A stretch of DNA of 64,000 nt from the human T2T-CHM13v2.0 reference genome, Homo sapiens, in the NCBI RefSeq assembly GCF_009914755.1, contig NC_060933.1. One strand, written 5' to 3'. The position numbers and the translations under genes were made by a program. Each line of letters starts with the position of its first letter. Positions within the stretch are counted from its first letter, which is position 1. Positions 11,263-25,984 of the stretch are shown one piece after another. The notes below the pieces were generated by a model. It was not told the origin of the DNA. It saw only the letters and a program-made list of their open reading frames with translations, and did no database searches.

Positions 11263-13343
11263 AGCTAGGAAAATGGAGCTGAGAGAATGGAGATGGAGGG
11301 TGAAGAACTATCAGTATATTCAGTGATCTTTGTTTGAAGAGATACATCTTTTGATAAGATACATCTTTTGATAATTCTGTAGACTTCCAAATTTTTCCGA
11401 AGATCCCTTTCAGAGAATTAAAAGTTAAAATTAAAGTTTCCAAGAAAATACATCTTGGTGTGAACCAATAAACTGTGCCCAGAGACAGTTGTATAATTTT
11501 AGTTATTAATTTTTATTTTTAGTGATTTTAAATGTCACACTGCCAAAATAATACCATAAGTCCCAAGTCAGGAGGGAGGATGATATTGCTGGATGGAATA
11601 TGTGCCAAGCAGAGAGAAGCAGGAGAGCCTTATTACATGGGGCAGGATGTCACCCAAGCGAAAAGAAAGGTCTGGGGTAAAAAGGCAGAGCTCACTGCTA
11701 GTGATGCTAATCTCCTCTGGCCCACGAAAGTATTGTCTTTGGCAAAGCTGGTTTGCCTCGTCAAGTCAATAAAGTTATGAACAATTAAATTGCCTTCCTC
11801 AGCTTGGGAAAGGACTGAGTGTACATCCCTGGGGATAAATTGATCTTTTAAAAGGCATTTTTTCCAACTCTTTCTTTCTGCCTTCAAATAAATCACTATA
11901 TTCTTGACTCTGAAATCATCCTTCTTATCTGAAAATGCTCTGCCTTGAACCAAAATGTTTAAATAACATCTCAGAATGTAAACCTGTATTCCAGAGGAGA
12001 ACCATTGCCTCTGGTAATTGGGACAGCGTGTTTCACTCAGCATGCCTCTACTGGGGAATTGCCAAAGCCTCCCTATTCATAAGGTCTTAAGTAGCTCCCC
12101 ACCCCCACCACTCCCTTCTTTTTTTCTTGGATGCTCAAGGAACTTAGCAGGTGGTGCCTAATTTATCCTCCCAGGATTGCTGGGAGTTAAGCCAGCATGG
12201 GTGTATCTGCCTCCTCCTCTTCCTGTTGAGTACACTAAAGCATAGGTTGGTCAAGCAATGTTTGGGTTTTTACCTAGCAAGTTAGCTATAGGACTTGGGA
12301 AAGAACCCAGGAAGCATCTCCTCTAATGTTTGTTCCTGGACAGTAGTGATTTTCACATCGTGAAGCCCCACATTGAGCACAGGGATCTTGGAAATACACA
12401 GGGACCCAGGGGATGCCAAGTGGGAGATTCTGGCTTGTCATTCCCCCAAAACTCCCATATGCTTCAACCAGAAGTAGCACCACTTTTTTTTCTTTTTAAT
12501 TCCTAAAGTTAAGAATTCTATACCTTGAAAAAGAAAAGGCTAAGTGCTTCTTTTGAAAATTATGTTTTGTTTAGAAATCTGTGTTTATGTCTCTCCAAGT
12601 CTCTTGTTGACTCCTGTTATAGCCTGGTTCCTACTCTCGATGCCCACTGATATTTATGAAAACATTTATTAGTACCTACCATATTGTACACTGTACTTCC
12701 CTGTGATTATGATGGTGAACTTCTCCAGTAAAAGCAACATATTTTCTTCATCTGTGTGAGCTCCCAGTCAGGTGGCAGTCAATACCTACTGGCTGAATTG
12801 TTAATGAATGCCTAGCTGGATGAACCGATGAATTAGAAAGTTTCTGCTTGGATTTTTATATGAAGCCAGCCATAACAGCAACTCATTTAACTTTATATAA
12901 GCTTCTCTATATAACTTAGACCCATGAGACTGTGAGCTTTGTGGATCATTCCTCATTCATCTTTGTGTATTTTCAGTTCCTAGAAAAGAGGCTGGCTTAT
13001 AATAAGTATTTAATAAATACATGATTGAATAATCAAGGAAATGACTTTATAGTTAAGGTGATTCTTCTAGCTGAATCACTCCCAGGAAACATATTGAGGA
13101 TTTGTTGTTTTCCAGGCAGTAATCTTAGTGTGGGGTTACAGGTACTGGTAAAATCTGGTCCTGGCATTGGAGGAATTTTTCTCTCCGAGGGAAGCGATCT
13201 TTTGGGATTAGAAAGACAGTTGTATCTTCCAGTCCATGGGGAGATAGGAAGGCAGCAGAATCACACCACCTGAGAAAAAAGCAGGAGCTGGGCTCCAGAC
13301 TTGCAGTGATACTCACTTAGTGATGGGGGTGGGAATGCAGCAG

Positions 13344-13861
13344 TGAAAAGGAGGCCGATCACATCAATCTCCATTATGCTCCTAAGCACTCCTCCACAAT
13401 GACATCTTTTAGGTTAGCCACTTTTGCTTATCTCTGCACATAGGCCAAGCTAACTATGGGAGGAATTTAGTTTATAGTTTAACCTTAAAGCAAGGATAAT
13501 AATAATCCATCGCCAAAACTAACCGCCAGGAAGATAAGGAGGGTATAGACAAAATTAACAACGTTACATTAAAAATGTATAAGAGGATTTTACCTGACCA
13601 AAGACAGTTTATCCTTGCTGCCTCCCAGATGTCTGTGGTCATCAAGTAACTTTTTAACCTCATCTCCTTTCCTCTTTCCCCTTCCCCTAACCTAAAAGCA
13701 GCCCCAAATTCATATTAGCTTAATATAGTTCTTTAGGACACTAGTCCACCATCTTCTCAGTTGCTGGCTCTCCCAAATAAAGTCACTTTCCTTGCCCAGT
13801 CACATTGTCTTTCAACTTAGTGGCTGTGCTGTGGCAGATGGTATGAGCTTTGGACTCAACA
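13344..13861 (+). mobile_element. ERV1 (MER4-group) solo LTR, MER67/MER31-like
   Basis: TG...CA ends, internal AATAAA, 4-bp TSD gcag (13340-13343, 13862-13865); subfamily uncertain. Confidence 0.75.
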
Positions 13862-14139
13862 GCAGGAGGAGAAGGGTTACACACCCATGGGCATCTCAGA
13901 ACTCTGCAAAGCTTCATTAACCCATGTATCTTGCTCTTTCCCTGCCAGGTACTTTTGTTGTATACTAACAATCCACTACTATTAAAGACAGTGTGTATTT
14001 TTCCTTGGGTCTCTTGGTGCCTGACATAGTTTGGGGTCTGGCTGGTGGCATATGCCTGGATACACAGGCTGCTTTTGTCTGCCTCACCTTTCCTCTCTTC
14101 CTACAATGGGAGGACATTTCCACATGGACTGTCTTCCTA

Positions 14140-14500
14140 CATATTGTGAACTGAATGTGCTCCTCCGAAACCTATATGCTGAAGCCCTAACCCCCAGTGT
14201 GATGGTATTAGGAGGCTGGGTTTTTGGGATGAAATAAGGTTTATGTGAGGTCATGAGGGTAGAGCCCCCACAATAAGATTAGTGCCCTTACAACAACTGA
14301 AAGAGACACCAGAGCTTCCTCTCGCCATTATATGAGTAAACAGTGGGAAGGCCATTATCTGCAAGCCAGGAAGAGGACCCTCAGCAGACATTGGTGAGTG
14401 TTCAACACCCTGATCTTGGTCTTTCCAGCCTCCAGTACTGTGAGAAATAAACATCTTTTGTTTAATCCACCCAGTGCATGGTATTTTGTTGTAACAGTTT
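14140..14500 (+). mobile_element. MLT1A-type MaLR LTR
   Basis: Typical 'gaagccctaacccccagtgtgatggtattagg ... ccagcctccagtactgtgagaaataaa' sequence. Confidence 0.8.
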
Positions 14501-14690
14501 GTGACATAGTAAGAAATATATATTTCATCTCTGCCCCTGGATTGTGACATAGAGCTCCTAAAACTCTTGTAATTTCCTTAGTGGTAGGGATAAGAAGAGC
14601 ATCTTTGTTATTTATAATACACCTTTTTCAACCATACCTGAATTTATGCTAATGAGGTGACTCATGATGGGCCCCTAGATAGCTTCATGG
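14501..14690. mobile_element. MER21-like LTR fragment
   Basis: 'gagctcctaaaactcttgtaatttcct...ttatgctaatgaggtgactc...gggcccctagatagc' matches a MER21 terminus. Confidence 0.7.
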
Positions 14691-14912
14691 ATCCTTCTCT
14701 GTAGCACTCACACCATATCTCTCTGCATCTTGCTGGGTCATTTGGAAGCTCCTGACAGAGCTCATCAGTACCTTCTCCTTCCAGGCCAGTCATGCCTTTC
14801 TCATGTTCTCTCCAGCCATCTTAATCTTTGAAGTTCTCTCTGGTATCCGAAGTCTATCACAGATGCTGGTTCCTTGCAGAAGCCTGTCTAGTTTCTCACA
14901 AACAAATGATAT

Positions 14913-15793
<881 letters not shown>

Positions 15794-17214
15794 GAACCTG
15801 TATTACTTACTTTTTTGTTCTTATGAAGCACCTTTCCCGTTCTGCCTGTTATAAGCAGTAATTCTTTATCAGTTCTTGCTTTTTAAATTACGAGCATTTT
15901 GGAGACAGGGCAAGGAGTTTCCTTTTTTTTTTTTTTTTAATCCTCCACGGCATCTATCTCACTGCCTACCTAGTGAGTGATAGATATTTGATTAGTATTT
16001 GTGCCACTTTCCATTATATCTAGGATGACATATAGGTTTCCCTGACTGTGCCATCTGCAGTAGACTGCTAGTGGGTGCTTTGGGTTCTGGATTGAGAGGA
16101 AGTATTTGGGCTCAACAGGAAAACCATCCCAAGCAATTGGCAATATCTGCCACTGGTGAGGGGTAAACAGCAGGGGAAGGGGTGCTGATATCCCATTTAT
16201 TTGCCAATCTTGTTCTACCTTTCTTCTTTACTTTGTTTTCACTTATTTAATTTATTTATTCATTTATTTTTTTCATAACTTGATTCTGTTCATTTCTTGC
16301 CCATGGACCTTTTATTTTCATCAAATGCATAGAGTACTTTTTTTCCCATTAAGTCATCGAATTTGTTTCCTTTAAATTACAATTCAAATCTCCCCTATCC
16401 TAGAAAGCTCTTTCATAGCAAATCCTAAGTACCAGTACAATGTCTCATTCTAAAATATCCTTAATAGTCAAGGGGAGCATTTTTCTCTTTTCTCCATAGA
16501 ATGTAAAATGAAAAAATGGTAAAGTATGAAGAGGGATTGTTGGAGATGGGGGTGGTTGCAAAGTTGCTTGCATTCTGAATACATTGAGTCTGGAAAAGAG
16601 CCAACCTTTTAAGTGGTTTATTACCATTAACTGAAAGCTAAGGTGACAGAACTTAAAGCTTAAGGTGACTCAGTCAATTGAAATAAACCATAAATGAAGA
16701 CATAGCATCTCTGAAATTACATTCTAACCAGGGCTCACTTTGGTCAAGACAGGGAAATGGGAACAAGGTTGCTATCTGCTAATCAAGCCAGTGAGAAATG
16801 GCTCAAGTAAATAGTCCACCAGTTGGTGAGTCAGCAATCCACACCTGTACTCATTGACATAGAAATTAAAAATCAGAAGAGAAATTATATATCATTTATT
16901 CAAATACTCTTATTTTAAGATGAAAACTTAAACCCATAGTAGTTGGTTTATAGATTTCCCAAGGTTATTCCATTCTGAATTATAGCAGAGCAGGCACTAG
17001 AACCCAGTTCTTTTCATTGCTTGTTGAGTTCTTTTTCCATATGTGTATTGTGCTTGAGACTGTATTAGACCTACCTTGACCTTGTTGTTTGACCCCAAAG
17101 ATTGACTAATTGTGAGGATTCCATGTTAGGTAGTGCAGGAGGACAAGATCTAATTGGCCCATGAGTAAGCATGGTGGGGTGGGGGTGGGGCATCAGGAGA
17201 AAGAAGAGAGTAAA

Positions 17215-17641
17215 ACAGAACCAATAGGATATATATATATATAGTACATAATATATATAAAATACCGAGTTAGCTCATGTAACTTTAGAGGGTAGCAAGT
17301 CCAATTTGCATGGTGGTTTGGCAGGCTGGGGACCCAGGGAGAGCCAGTGTTCCAGCTCAAAAGCCATCAGGGAGGAAGAGCCAATATTGCAGATGAAATC
17401 CAAAGGCTGTCTGTTGGAGAATTCTCTTACTCAGTGGAAGGTCAGTCTTTTTGCTCTGTTGAGGTCTTCAACTAATTGGATTGGGCCTACTCACATTATA
17501 GAAGGAAAACTGCTTTGTTCTACCAATTAAAATGATACTGTCATCCAAAACACCCTTCCAGAAACACCCAGAATAATGTTTGATCAAATATCTGGGCATC
17601 CTGTGGCCCAGTCAAGAAGACACATAAAATTAACCATCACA
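17215..17641 (-). mobile_element. MLT2 (ERVL) LTR, partial
   Basis: Ends in 'aaattaaccatcaca' (reverse complement of the MLT2 start) with typical internal sequence. Confidence 0.8.
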
Positions 17642-18774
17642 ACATCCTTCACCTTATGTACAAAAAACAGGAGGTATCTTGATTATCCTTCAAATTGTAA
17701 CATACAGATAGTACCTTAAACATCCTCAATTTAGGCACAACACACAGATAATATCTTGACTCTGCTTTCCACTTAGAAATGACTAGAAATAAAAGCCATT
17801 CATTTGCATCCAGTTTTCAAAAGCATATATAATAAAAAAGTAAGACATAACTGAATTTGTCTTCATTAGTTGATATTGTTGCTTGAATTAATTATTAGGA
17901 AGCAAGCCACTTGAGGGCAGGAACCATGTCTTCTTATCACATATACACTGTGCATACGGAGTAAACAGTGACTTAATCTGGCTCGATCAGTAGTTTCTTT
18001 ACCAAGAGAGATCTTATACCTGAGATTTTTGAAGTCATTGTCTCCCTAACTTGTTTCACTTGCTGAAAAATTATCCTTAGGGTTTTAAATTTTCGTAGTT
18101 GATTTCACCCCAAAGGTGAGTTATTTGGTTGTTGAATGTTGACAGAAACATCTATTCAGCTGTTTCTGGAACTTGGGCCAATGAAGAAGAAGAAAAAAGC
18201 TTATGCCATAACACCATTTAAGATTATTTTTGCATGTGAATAACTCCAATAGGAAATAAATTTGAAATTTGAAGGTTTCCATGCATCTTTTTTTTTTTTT
18301 TTTGCAGAGGAAGAAACAGGGTCATTTTGAAATTTTTAAAATGCATATCCAGAGCAATTTCTAGTGGCCAAAATTTACTTTCTATATGCAGAGCCTGGAT
18401 TTAAGGAACTGTTTCCATGATTCCACGTTTGGGAAATACATAATAGCTCTATTTAATACGTAGTGTGTGGATTTTTGTATATCTCGTTATAAATTTGTTT
18501 GAGGTTGGTGATACTATATCACAGGAGGGAAGGAATTAAGTTTTGGTATTGGGGTTTTTCTTGGGATTACTTTTACTTCCTTTCAAACCTACGTTCTTTA
18601 TTGCTATACTCAAGAAAAGTTAAGCTTCGCTTTTCCTTGTTTCTTGGGTCTCTGGAGCCTATTGCACTTAGTATTCTCCATCCCTTATTGTTACATATAA
18701 TAAATACATTGTCTGCCTTTAACATTAGATTCTAAGTTGATGCTGCTGCTTCTTTCTTTTAGGTCAGAGATCTT

Positions 18775-19059
18775 TTTTTTTTTTTTTTTTTTTTTTTGAG
18801 ACAGAGTCTCGTTCTATCGCCCAGGCTGGTGTCCAGTGGCATGATCTTGGCTCACTGCAAACTCTACCTTCATGCCATTCTCCTGCCTCAGCCTCCCGAG
18901 TAGCTGGGACTACAGGCACCCGCCACCGCCCCCAGCTAATTTTTTGTATTTTTAGTAGAGACAGGGTTTCACCATGGTCTCAATTTCCTGACCTCGTGAT
19001 CTGCCCACCTTGGCCTCCCAAAGTGCTGGGATTACAGGTGTGAGACACCGTGGCCCGCC
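18775..19059 (-). mobile_element. AluY/Sc-like with small internal deletions
   Basis: Alu dimer, poly(T), 8-bp TSD gagatctt (18767-18774, 19060-19067). Confidence 0.9.
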
Positions 19060-19302
19060 GAGATCTTACTTTTTTAAAAAATACCTGACTCTGGGTCTGG
19101 CATATGTTCAGCATTCATTAAATGTTGGATAACTGAACGATAGAAGACAGGTGTTTATTCAAGCTTGTAGCAGGACCCCTGACATGGAACTCTGGACCTC
19201 TTGTCTGGTCTTCTGCCTCCAAGCTGATAGTAGCTCAGTCATTGCAACATGATGTAACTGTGTATCAGAGTTTTTTTTTTTTTTTTTTTTAAACAACCTT
19301 TT

Positions 19303-19783
19303 GGCCTAGACCAGCTCAGTTGTGGAGAGGAATTAATTCCCCAGTGGCACTAGAGGAATTAAAGACACACATATGGAGAAATATAGAGTGTAGGGTGGGA
19401 AATCAGGGGACTCACAGCCTTCAGAGCTGAGAGCCCCAAACAGAGATTTACCCACATATTTGTTGACAGCAAGCCAGTGATAAGCATTGTATCTATAGAT
19501 TACAGATTAACTAAAACGGGAAACAAAGGGATGGGTCTGGCTAGTTATTTGCAGCAGGAACATGTCCTTAAGGCACAGATGGCTCATGCTATTGTTTGTG
19601 GTTTAGCAATGACTTTAAGCGGTTTTCCGCCCTGGATGGGCCAGGTGTTACTTGCCCTCATTCCGGTAAACCCATAACGTTCCAGCGTGGGCGACATAGC
19701 CATCATGAATATGTCACAGTACTGCAGAGATTTTGTTTATGGCCAGTGTTGGGGCCAGTAGATTTCGGGGCCTGTTCCCAACA
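19303..19783 (-). mobile_element. MER9 solo LTR (HERV-K HML-3 / HERVK9)
   Basis: Reverse complement starts TGTTGGGAACAGGCCCC and follows the MER9 consensus; 6-bp TSD cctttt/cctgtt (one mismatch). Confidence 0.9.
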
Positions 19784-21950
19784 CCTGTTCACTCCTGCCC
19801 TCATTTTATAAACATAAAATATTCCCATAACTCTTACTCTGATTCCTTTAGGAACCTTCCTGGCTTGAGTATAAGACTTTCTTACACTTGACTTTTTTAG
19901 CTTACCTTATGAAAATAATAAAGCCCTTTGAATTTTATAAATTTTATAAATTTATAAATTTTATAAATATGCTTGAAAAACTATCATCTCCCACTTCTGC
20001 TACTCCAAAATGCCGATATGTCCCCAAAGTGATGGTATTTTATGCCTGTGAATCACTCATGTCACCTTTTCTCTCATCCATGAGAATGTTGCTTTTAACA
20101 TCATCAGGAATAGTGACTACATAAGAAGCTTCCCTTTTGAGTTTGTTGCCATGTTTAATCATTCTCTAAGTCAGGAAGGTCTGGCTTAAATTTCTATGGT
20201 TGCATCTCTATCCTGGAATATTTAGTTCTGAGAACAACAGATCAATGTCCCTTGTCCTAATCTTTGATGCAGAGAAAGTAAGTTCATGAGGTTGCTGCTT
20301 GGGCTTCTTTTTTATTTTTCTAAATTAAAAGACACCTAGCCACTTAAACTTTTCTTCTATGGGACTAATTTAAAATCTCTGTAATTAATTTCAGTTGATA
20401 TTCTATATGTTATTTTAGACTTTCTCAATTTCTCTGCCCTATTCTTTATGCACTGCCCTGAAAGACCTAAGGCCATCTTAGCTTTCTTTTAAAAGGAGAA
20501 AAGTAAAACCTCAGGAATGAAATAACTGCCCAGTGATTCAAAATGATTGGTAAACTAGGACAGAGTCAAAGAACTCAGAGCATACTCAGTGGAGAGAATA
20601 CTTAGAATCAAGAAATGAGTGTGAGTCCATTGCCTACCTGTTGTGTCACTCCTCTGTCTTCCGTTAAGTGGGAAAAACAACATATTCTGTCCCTTTCCTG
20701 GAGACATTATCAAGTTCATAAGAGGCCTTAAAAATAATGGTAAAGTATAAAGCTCTACATAGAAGTATCATTAGAACCTAAGGCAAACAGCAAAATGCCT
20801 TCAGAATGTCAAGAGAAAATTAACCCCTAGAAGTGCAATAAAGGAGAGCTGAAGTTTAGCAGTGAGATTAGTGATTTGTTGCTGTAAATCAGTGGTGGAG
20901 ATAGTGTGTGAGAAAATCAAGGCCAATCAAGAGAATCAGGTGAAAGAATAAGGAAAAGTGTATTAATAAAGTACTCAATCTCCACTGTATGATGGGTAAA
21001 TTACTGTATGGTTTTTCATGAAAATAAATATATGAAAAAGGCATGTAGTAACATTTTTCTCTTTCTTTTGCAAAAAAGTGTACCCCCTGCTCAGAAAGAT
21101 TAAATTATTTGTCCAAGGCAGCATGGCAATCGGAGGCAGAGCCTGGACAAGGACCATTTCCTCATGTTCTCAGTTCTGTTATATCACTGGAGGTGTAACA
21201 CAATGAAGTGTAAACTAATGCTTTAGAGTGAAATAGCTGAAGCTGACTAATGAGAAGCTGAAATAGTAATTGTATTATAGAAAGACAATATTAATATAAG
21301 TGTATAGTATTGGTGAAATGTAGTAAAAAAAACCTCAAAGAGAAAAAAATGTAGTGTTTACCTGCTCACTTCTTGATAATCTGCCCTGCACCTGAAGGGG
21401 AAAAGAAGTAAATGCTAATATCATGGGGACCAGGAAGAAAATTCCTTATCACCATTTCTTCCCCTAGACCTAATTTATACACCCAAGCTATCTTGGGCTT
21501 AAACAAAGTTAACAGAAACAATTCTTTCTTTGTACAGAAATGCTTTGAAAGCATGGTTTACACGTTAATGATTTGAAATTGGGTTATCACGTGTCAGTCC
21601 CTTAGAAACAAATCAACGTCCAGTAGATTTTTGGATCTGCAAAGTCAAGGGCTTCCTGCAAACTATAGCAGCATCAGTCAGATTCTAATACCCTTAAAGG
21701 CCAGACTGTTGGCTAGCCCTCCCTCTGTGACACATGTCATGTCTCTTTAATTTTAATTACCGTGCTATAATTACTTTTGTGTCAGCTGTACCTTTGCTGA
21801 AATTATAAAATTTTATATTTAACCCTATTGTTCTCATTCTGGTAATTCCAGCAGGTTAAATGAGTGGCCCAAATGATATAGTTAGTGACAGTATGGTGTT
21901 TAGAGATGAACCCAGATCTCCTGAGTTCAAGTTTTTTCTTTTTTTCATAT

Positions 21951-21952
<2 letters not shown>

Positions 21953-21984
<32 letters not shown>
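21953..21984. repeat. (GT)n microsatellite
   Basis: Pure GT run. Confidence 0.95.
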
Positions 21985-21987
<3 letters not shown>

Positions 21988-22296
21988 ATATATATACATT
22001 TATATGTTTTTCTATGTTTTTCCTTTCATGTTTTTAAAAACTCCTTCATAGTAGGGACTGTGTTTCTGTCATCCATGACTTAATTTCCTCTTCTTTCAAC
22101 TGTGGATAACAATCTTTACCTCACAGTGATGTCATGAGAATAAAATGAGACAACAAATTTAAACAATAACACCTTACTTAGTATGCAGTAGATGCTGAAT
22201 TGAAGTTAATTCCCATTCATTCCTTTACTCTAGGTAACCTACAGACATTTGTTCAGTGAACTTTGTTTGATGACTTTTCTCCACTCCACTAGAAGC

Positions 22297-22481
22297 CAGT
22301 GGTTCTCAACCTTGACTGCAATTGGAACCACTTGGGAAGTTTTAAAAGCTACTCATGCTTGGATGGGTCCCAACCCCCAGAGGTTCTGATTTAATGGCTC
22401 TGGGGAAAAGAATAGCTGGACAAAGTATCTAAAAATGTCTTCAGGTAATTTAAATGTGCAGCTAAAGATTGAGAACCATCC
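22297..22481. mobile_element. MER5-family hAT-Charlie MITE
   Basis: TIRs cagtggttctcaa ... ttgagaacca; about 185 bp. Confidence 0.8.
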
Positions 22482-23953
22482 CTGAAATTATTGTAAGTGA
22501 TGGAGTTTTTCCTCAGCTTTACAATCCCAGAATCAATCTCAGCATTTCATTGTAGGCACTAAATTTTGGATTGCTTAGAAGGACTTCAGTGGCTGTAGAC
22601 TCACTCCCTTTTTACTGTATTTGTTCATTCATTCATTAACTCATTCAAGTAATGAAATAATGGCTTATTATAGATTGATTTTCCCTCAGATTTAATATAA
22701 GCTATACCATATATTTACCAAGTCATTTTTTCTTTCATCACAGCACATCATTTCTTGTGTGTTTTTGTCTTTCTGTTTTCAATCTCAGGCTTCCAGTAAA
22801 GTTGGAGATTAGGTCTCAATTAAAATTAATAAGCTCGTGTACTTATTCATGGATGCAACAAACATTTATTGAGTCCCTACTATATGCTGGCCACTGTGCT
22901 GGGCAAAAGAAATACAAAGATGAAAAAGATAAAAGGTGTTTTCAAGGAGTAGCAAGTCTGTTGAGATGATCATATAAATAAATAATTGTGATTATCACTT
23001 GATAAGGGTTTTGGGAGGAGTATAGCCCTTTTAATTGCCCAGTACCAGCTATTTCTTTTTTCCTTTATCTCTTTGATTTAGTTTTACTCTCTATATTATT
23101 TAGTATAAAGGTAGAATTTCACTTTGAATCTGGATGGAGTCTTTTATGGAAGTAGTTGGAGAGAAACATCCAAACTGATAAACAAATAAATAAGAAGGCA
23201 TTCTTATATGCCTGACATTCTCTAGATAAAATCCTAAAAACTATCTGTCTTTGTTTCTATCAGAGGAATGTTTTTGCCATGGCATTTTGATAGCATTGAT
23301 TATTTATAGGCAAGATTTATGTCTGTTCTCAGTCCTTTTCCATTAGCCCATAAAGTGTATTTTAAATTATGCAGAGTTTCAGAATGCACTTTCCTAATTA
23401 TAAGGGAAACATTCTTGGCAATTTGTGGAGATTAAACTTCTTTCCTTATCTTCTGTCTGAATTATACCCACCCATGCACCTGCTACCCTGGAAGGTCCTA
23501 TGGGATGCATTTATTTTAGATGATAAGGCCAGGATATGGCTTTCATTTGGCCAGTGAAAATAAAGTGTTATACCCTGAGATAGAGGAGGAATGATAGAAA
23601 ACACGTTAGTTTAATATTTTCTACTCCTATTTATTCAATGGGTATTTGGCCATTATGACTCATTGTAAACTAGAAACCAAGTTACAGGTTCTTAGTATAT
23701 GGTGTTAGTCAATCATTTTACAAAGCTCTCTGAGAGTAGGATCAAAAAGGAAAAAATAATTGGAATGGGTCACAAAGATCCAGATAATCAGTTGTGGTTA
23801 GATAAAGGCATCTCAGAGGAGAGCTGAGCATGAAGGTCCTGGAACCATGTGTATCTGTGCCTACATAAGAGTTATGGTGGAGAGATAAAGGTGATGCTGA
23901 AAGATAGATAAAGAAGGTGAACCTCTTCTGCATCATTTTTAGTTTGTCTAGGG

Positions 23954-24162
23954 CAGGGTTTCTCAACCTCTGTGTAAATGAAATTTCAGGCTGGATAATC
24001 CTTTGTTGCGCAGACTGTTCTATGCATTGCAGGATGCGCAGCAGCATCTCTATCCTCTACTAACTAGATGGTAATAGCACCTCCAGTTGTGACAACCAAA
24101 AATGTTTCTAGACATTGCCCAAATCCCCTTCTTGGCAAAATTGCCTGGTGGAGAACCTACTA
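23954..24162 (+). mobile_element. MER20 hAT-Charlie MITE
   Basis: MER20 internal motif 'gttgtgacaaccaaaaatgtttctagacattgcc'; 8-bp TSD gtctaggg/gcctaggg. Confidence 0.9.
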
Positions 24163-24465
24163 GCCTAGGGCAAGCTAAGGAATATTAAAGCCAACCAATT
24201 TAAAAAATTAAAATCTGTAACATAGTCCCAAGTGACACTCTGCTGGATAGTAAAGTCAGAGACCCTGAATATATTATTCACCGTTATTGCTAAGTAAGCA
24301 AATTAAGACCGAATTGTGAATGAAAACAGTTAACAAATGGCTTGTGTATGGAAAGATTAGAGCTTGAATATTGTTTATGCAGGAACTATCATTTTTCTAA
24401 GGACTCAGGGGGATAGGAGTACAGATTTTAAATGCAAATATTCTGGGTTTGATTTTGTTTGTCTG

Positions 24466-24467
<2 letters not shown>

Positions 24468-24502
<35 letters not shown>
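24468..24502. repeat. (CA)n microsatellite
   Basis: Pure CA run. Confidence 0.95.
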
Positions 24503-24504
<2 letters not shown>

Positions 24505-25606
24505 CTATAATATTTATTTGATACCTGGCACTTCAGGTCCTTGGGATGCATTTGTGAGCAAAACAATCACTTCTTTGCTGAGTAACTTTGGACAAGTCAT
24601 TAGTTTCTGGGACTCTCAGTTTTCTCACCTATGAAATCATCATCATCATCATCATCATCCTCTGCCTACTCCATTATCAATCAAGGATCAAAAGATGCCA
24701 CATAGGAGAGTGATGGCAGCAAGATGACAGAATAGGAAGCCTCAGACTGTGTTCCTCACAAAAACACTGACAACAAATATATAAAGTCCAAAACCTTTAT
24801 GAGAACCCCAGAAGCCAGTTAGAAAGTCTCAGTACACAAGGAAAGCTCCAAGCCAAGAATGGCTGCATTAAAATGGGTAAGAAAAGCTGTTTAATTTCAA
24901 CCACATCAGTCCCTCCTCAAAGCTGACATAGCTTGTGTTCTGAAGGAAAAGCCCAACTCTTAACTTATGTTTGAGGAGGTTAAGAAAAGAGTGGAATGTA
25001 CATATCATGTTCTGGCTCTTTGGTGGGCTGCCCAAAGGACTGATTTCTGTCTTGCCTGACTCAGAACTCTGCCGTGGGAAATGGGCATAGTTTGGATGTG
25101 GGGGCCGCTGAGAACAAGAGTGCTCAGTGGCTTGTGACAGTGCCAGAGAACTTATAATATCTCAGAAGCTGGCACCACTCACCATAATCCAGAGAAAGCA
25201 CTCAGCTGCGGGTTCTTCTTAGGAGGGAAAGAGAAGAGTGGAACATGAGTGCTATATTCTGGCTTTGGGGGAGGCTGCCTGAGGAAGTGCTTTCTGTCTC
25301 ATCTGGAGCACTAATGGAATAAGCCTGTCCTGGATGCCTGGGATTGCAAACAAAAAAAGAGAACTCAGTGGCTTCTTGCAGATCCAGAGAACCTGCAGTA
25401 CTTCAGACAGACACTAGAGAGAACAAAAGACTGCAGGCTCCCGAAAAACAAAAAATGAAACACAGTAAACCTCTTTAATTAGGAAATTACATGCACAAGC
25501 ATCAAGAAAATTTATCCTCATTAAAGTTTTTGGAGGCCCTCTGAATTTCCAGTTTGCTGATTGATGAAGGCCTTTGCCTGTATAAAGCCATTCTATAAAT
25601 ACAGGG

Positions 25607-25984
25607 TGACATGGTTTGGCTGCGCACCCTCCCGAATCTCATCTTGAATTGTAGTTCGCATAATCCCCGCCTGTCATGGGAGGGATCTGGTGGGAGGTAA
25701 TTGGATCACGGGGGCAGTTACCTCCGTTCTGTTCTCATGACAGTGAGTTGAGTTCTCATGAAACCTGATAATTTTATAAGGGGCTTTTTTCCACCTTCAC
25801 TCTGCATTTCTCTTTGCTGCCACCATGTGAAGAAGGATGTGGTTGCTTCCCCTTCCAACATGATTTTAAATTTCCTGAGGCCTCCCCAGCCATGCTGAAC
25901 TGTGAGTCAGTTAAGCCTCTTTCCTTTATAAATTACCTAGTCTTGGGTATGTCTTTAGTTGCAGCATGAGAATGAACAAATAGA
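25607..25984 (+). mobile_element. THE1 (THE1C/D-like) MaLR solo LTR
   Basis: tgacatggtttggctg...gagaatgaacaaataga; 5-bp TSD caggg/ctggg. Confidence 0.92.
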
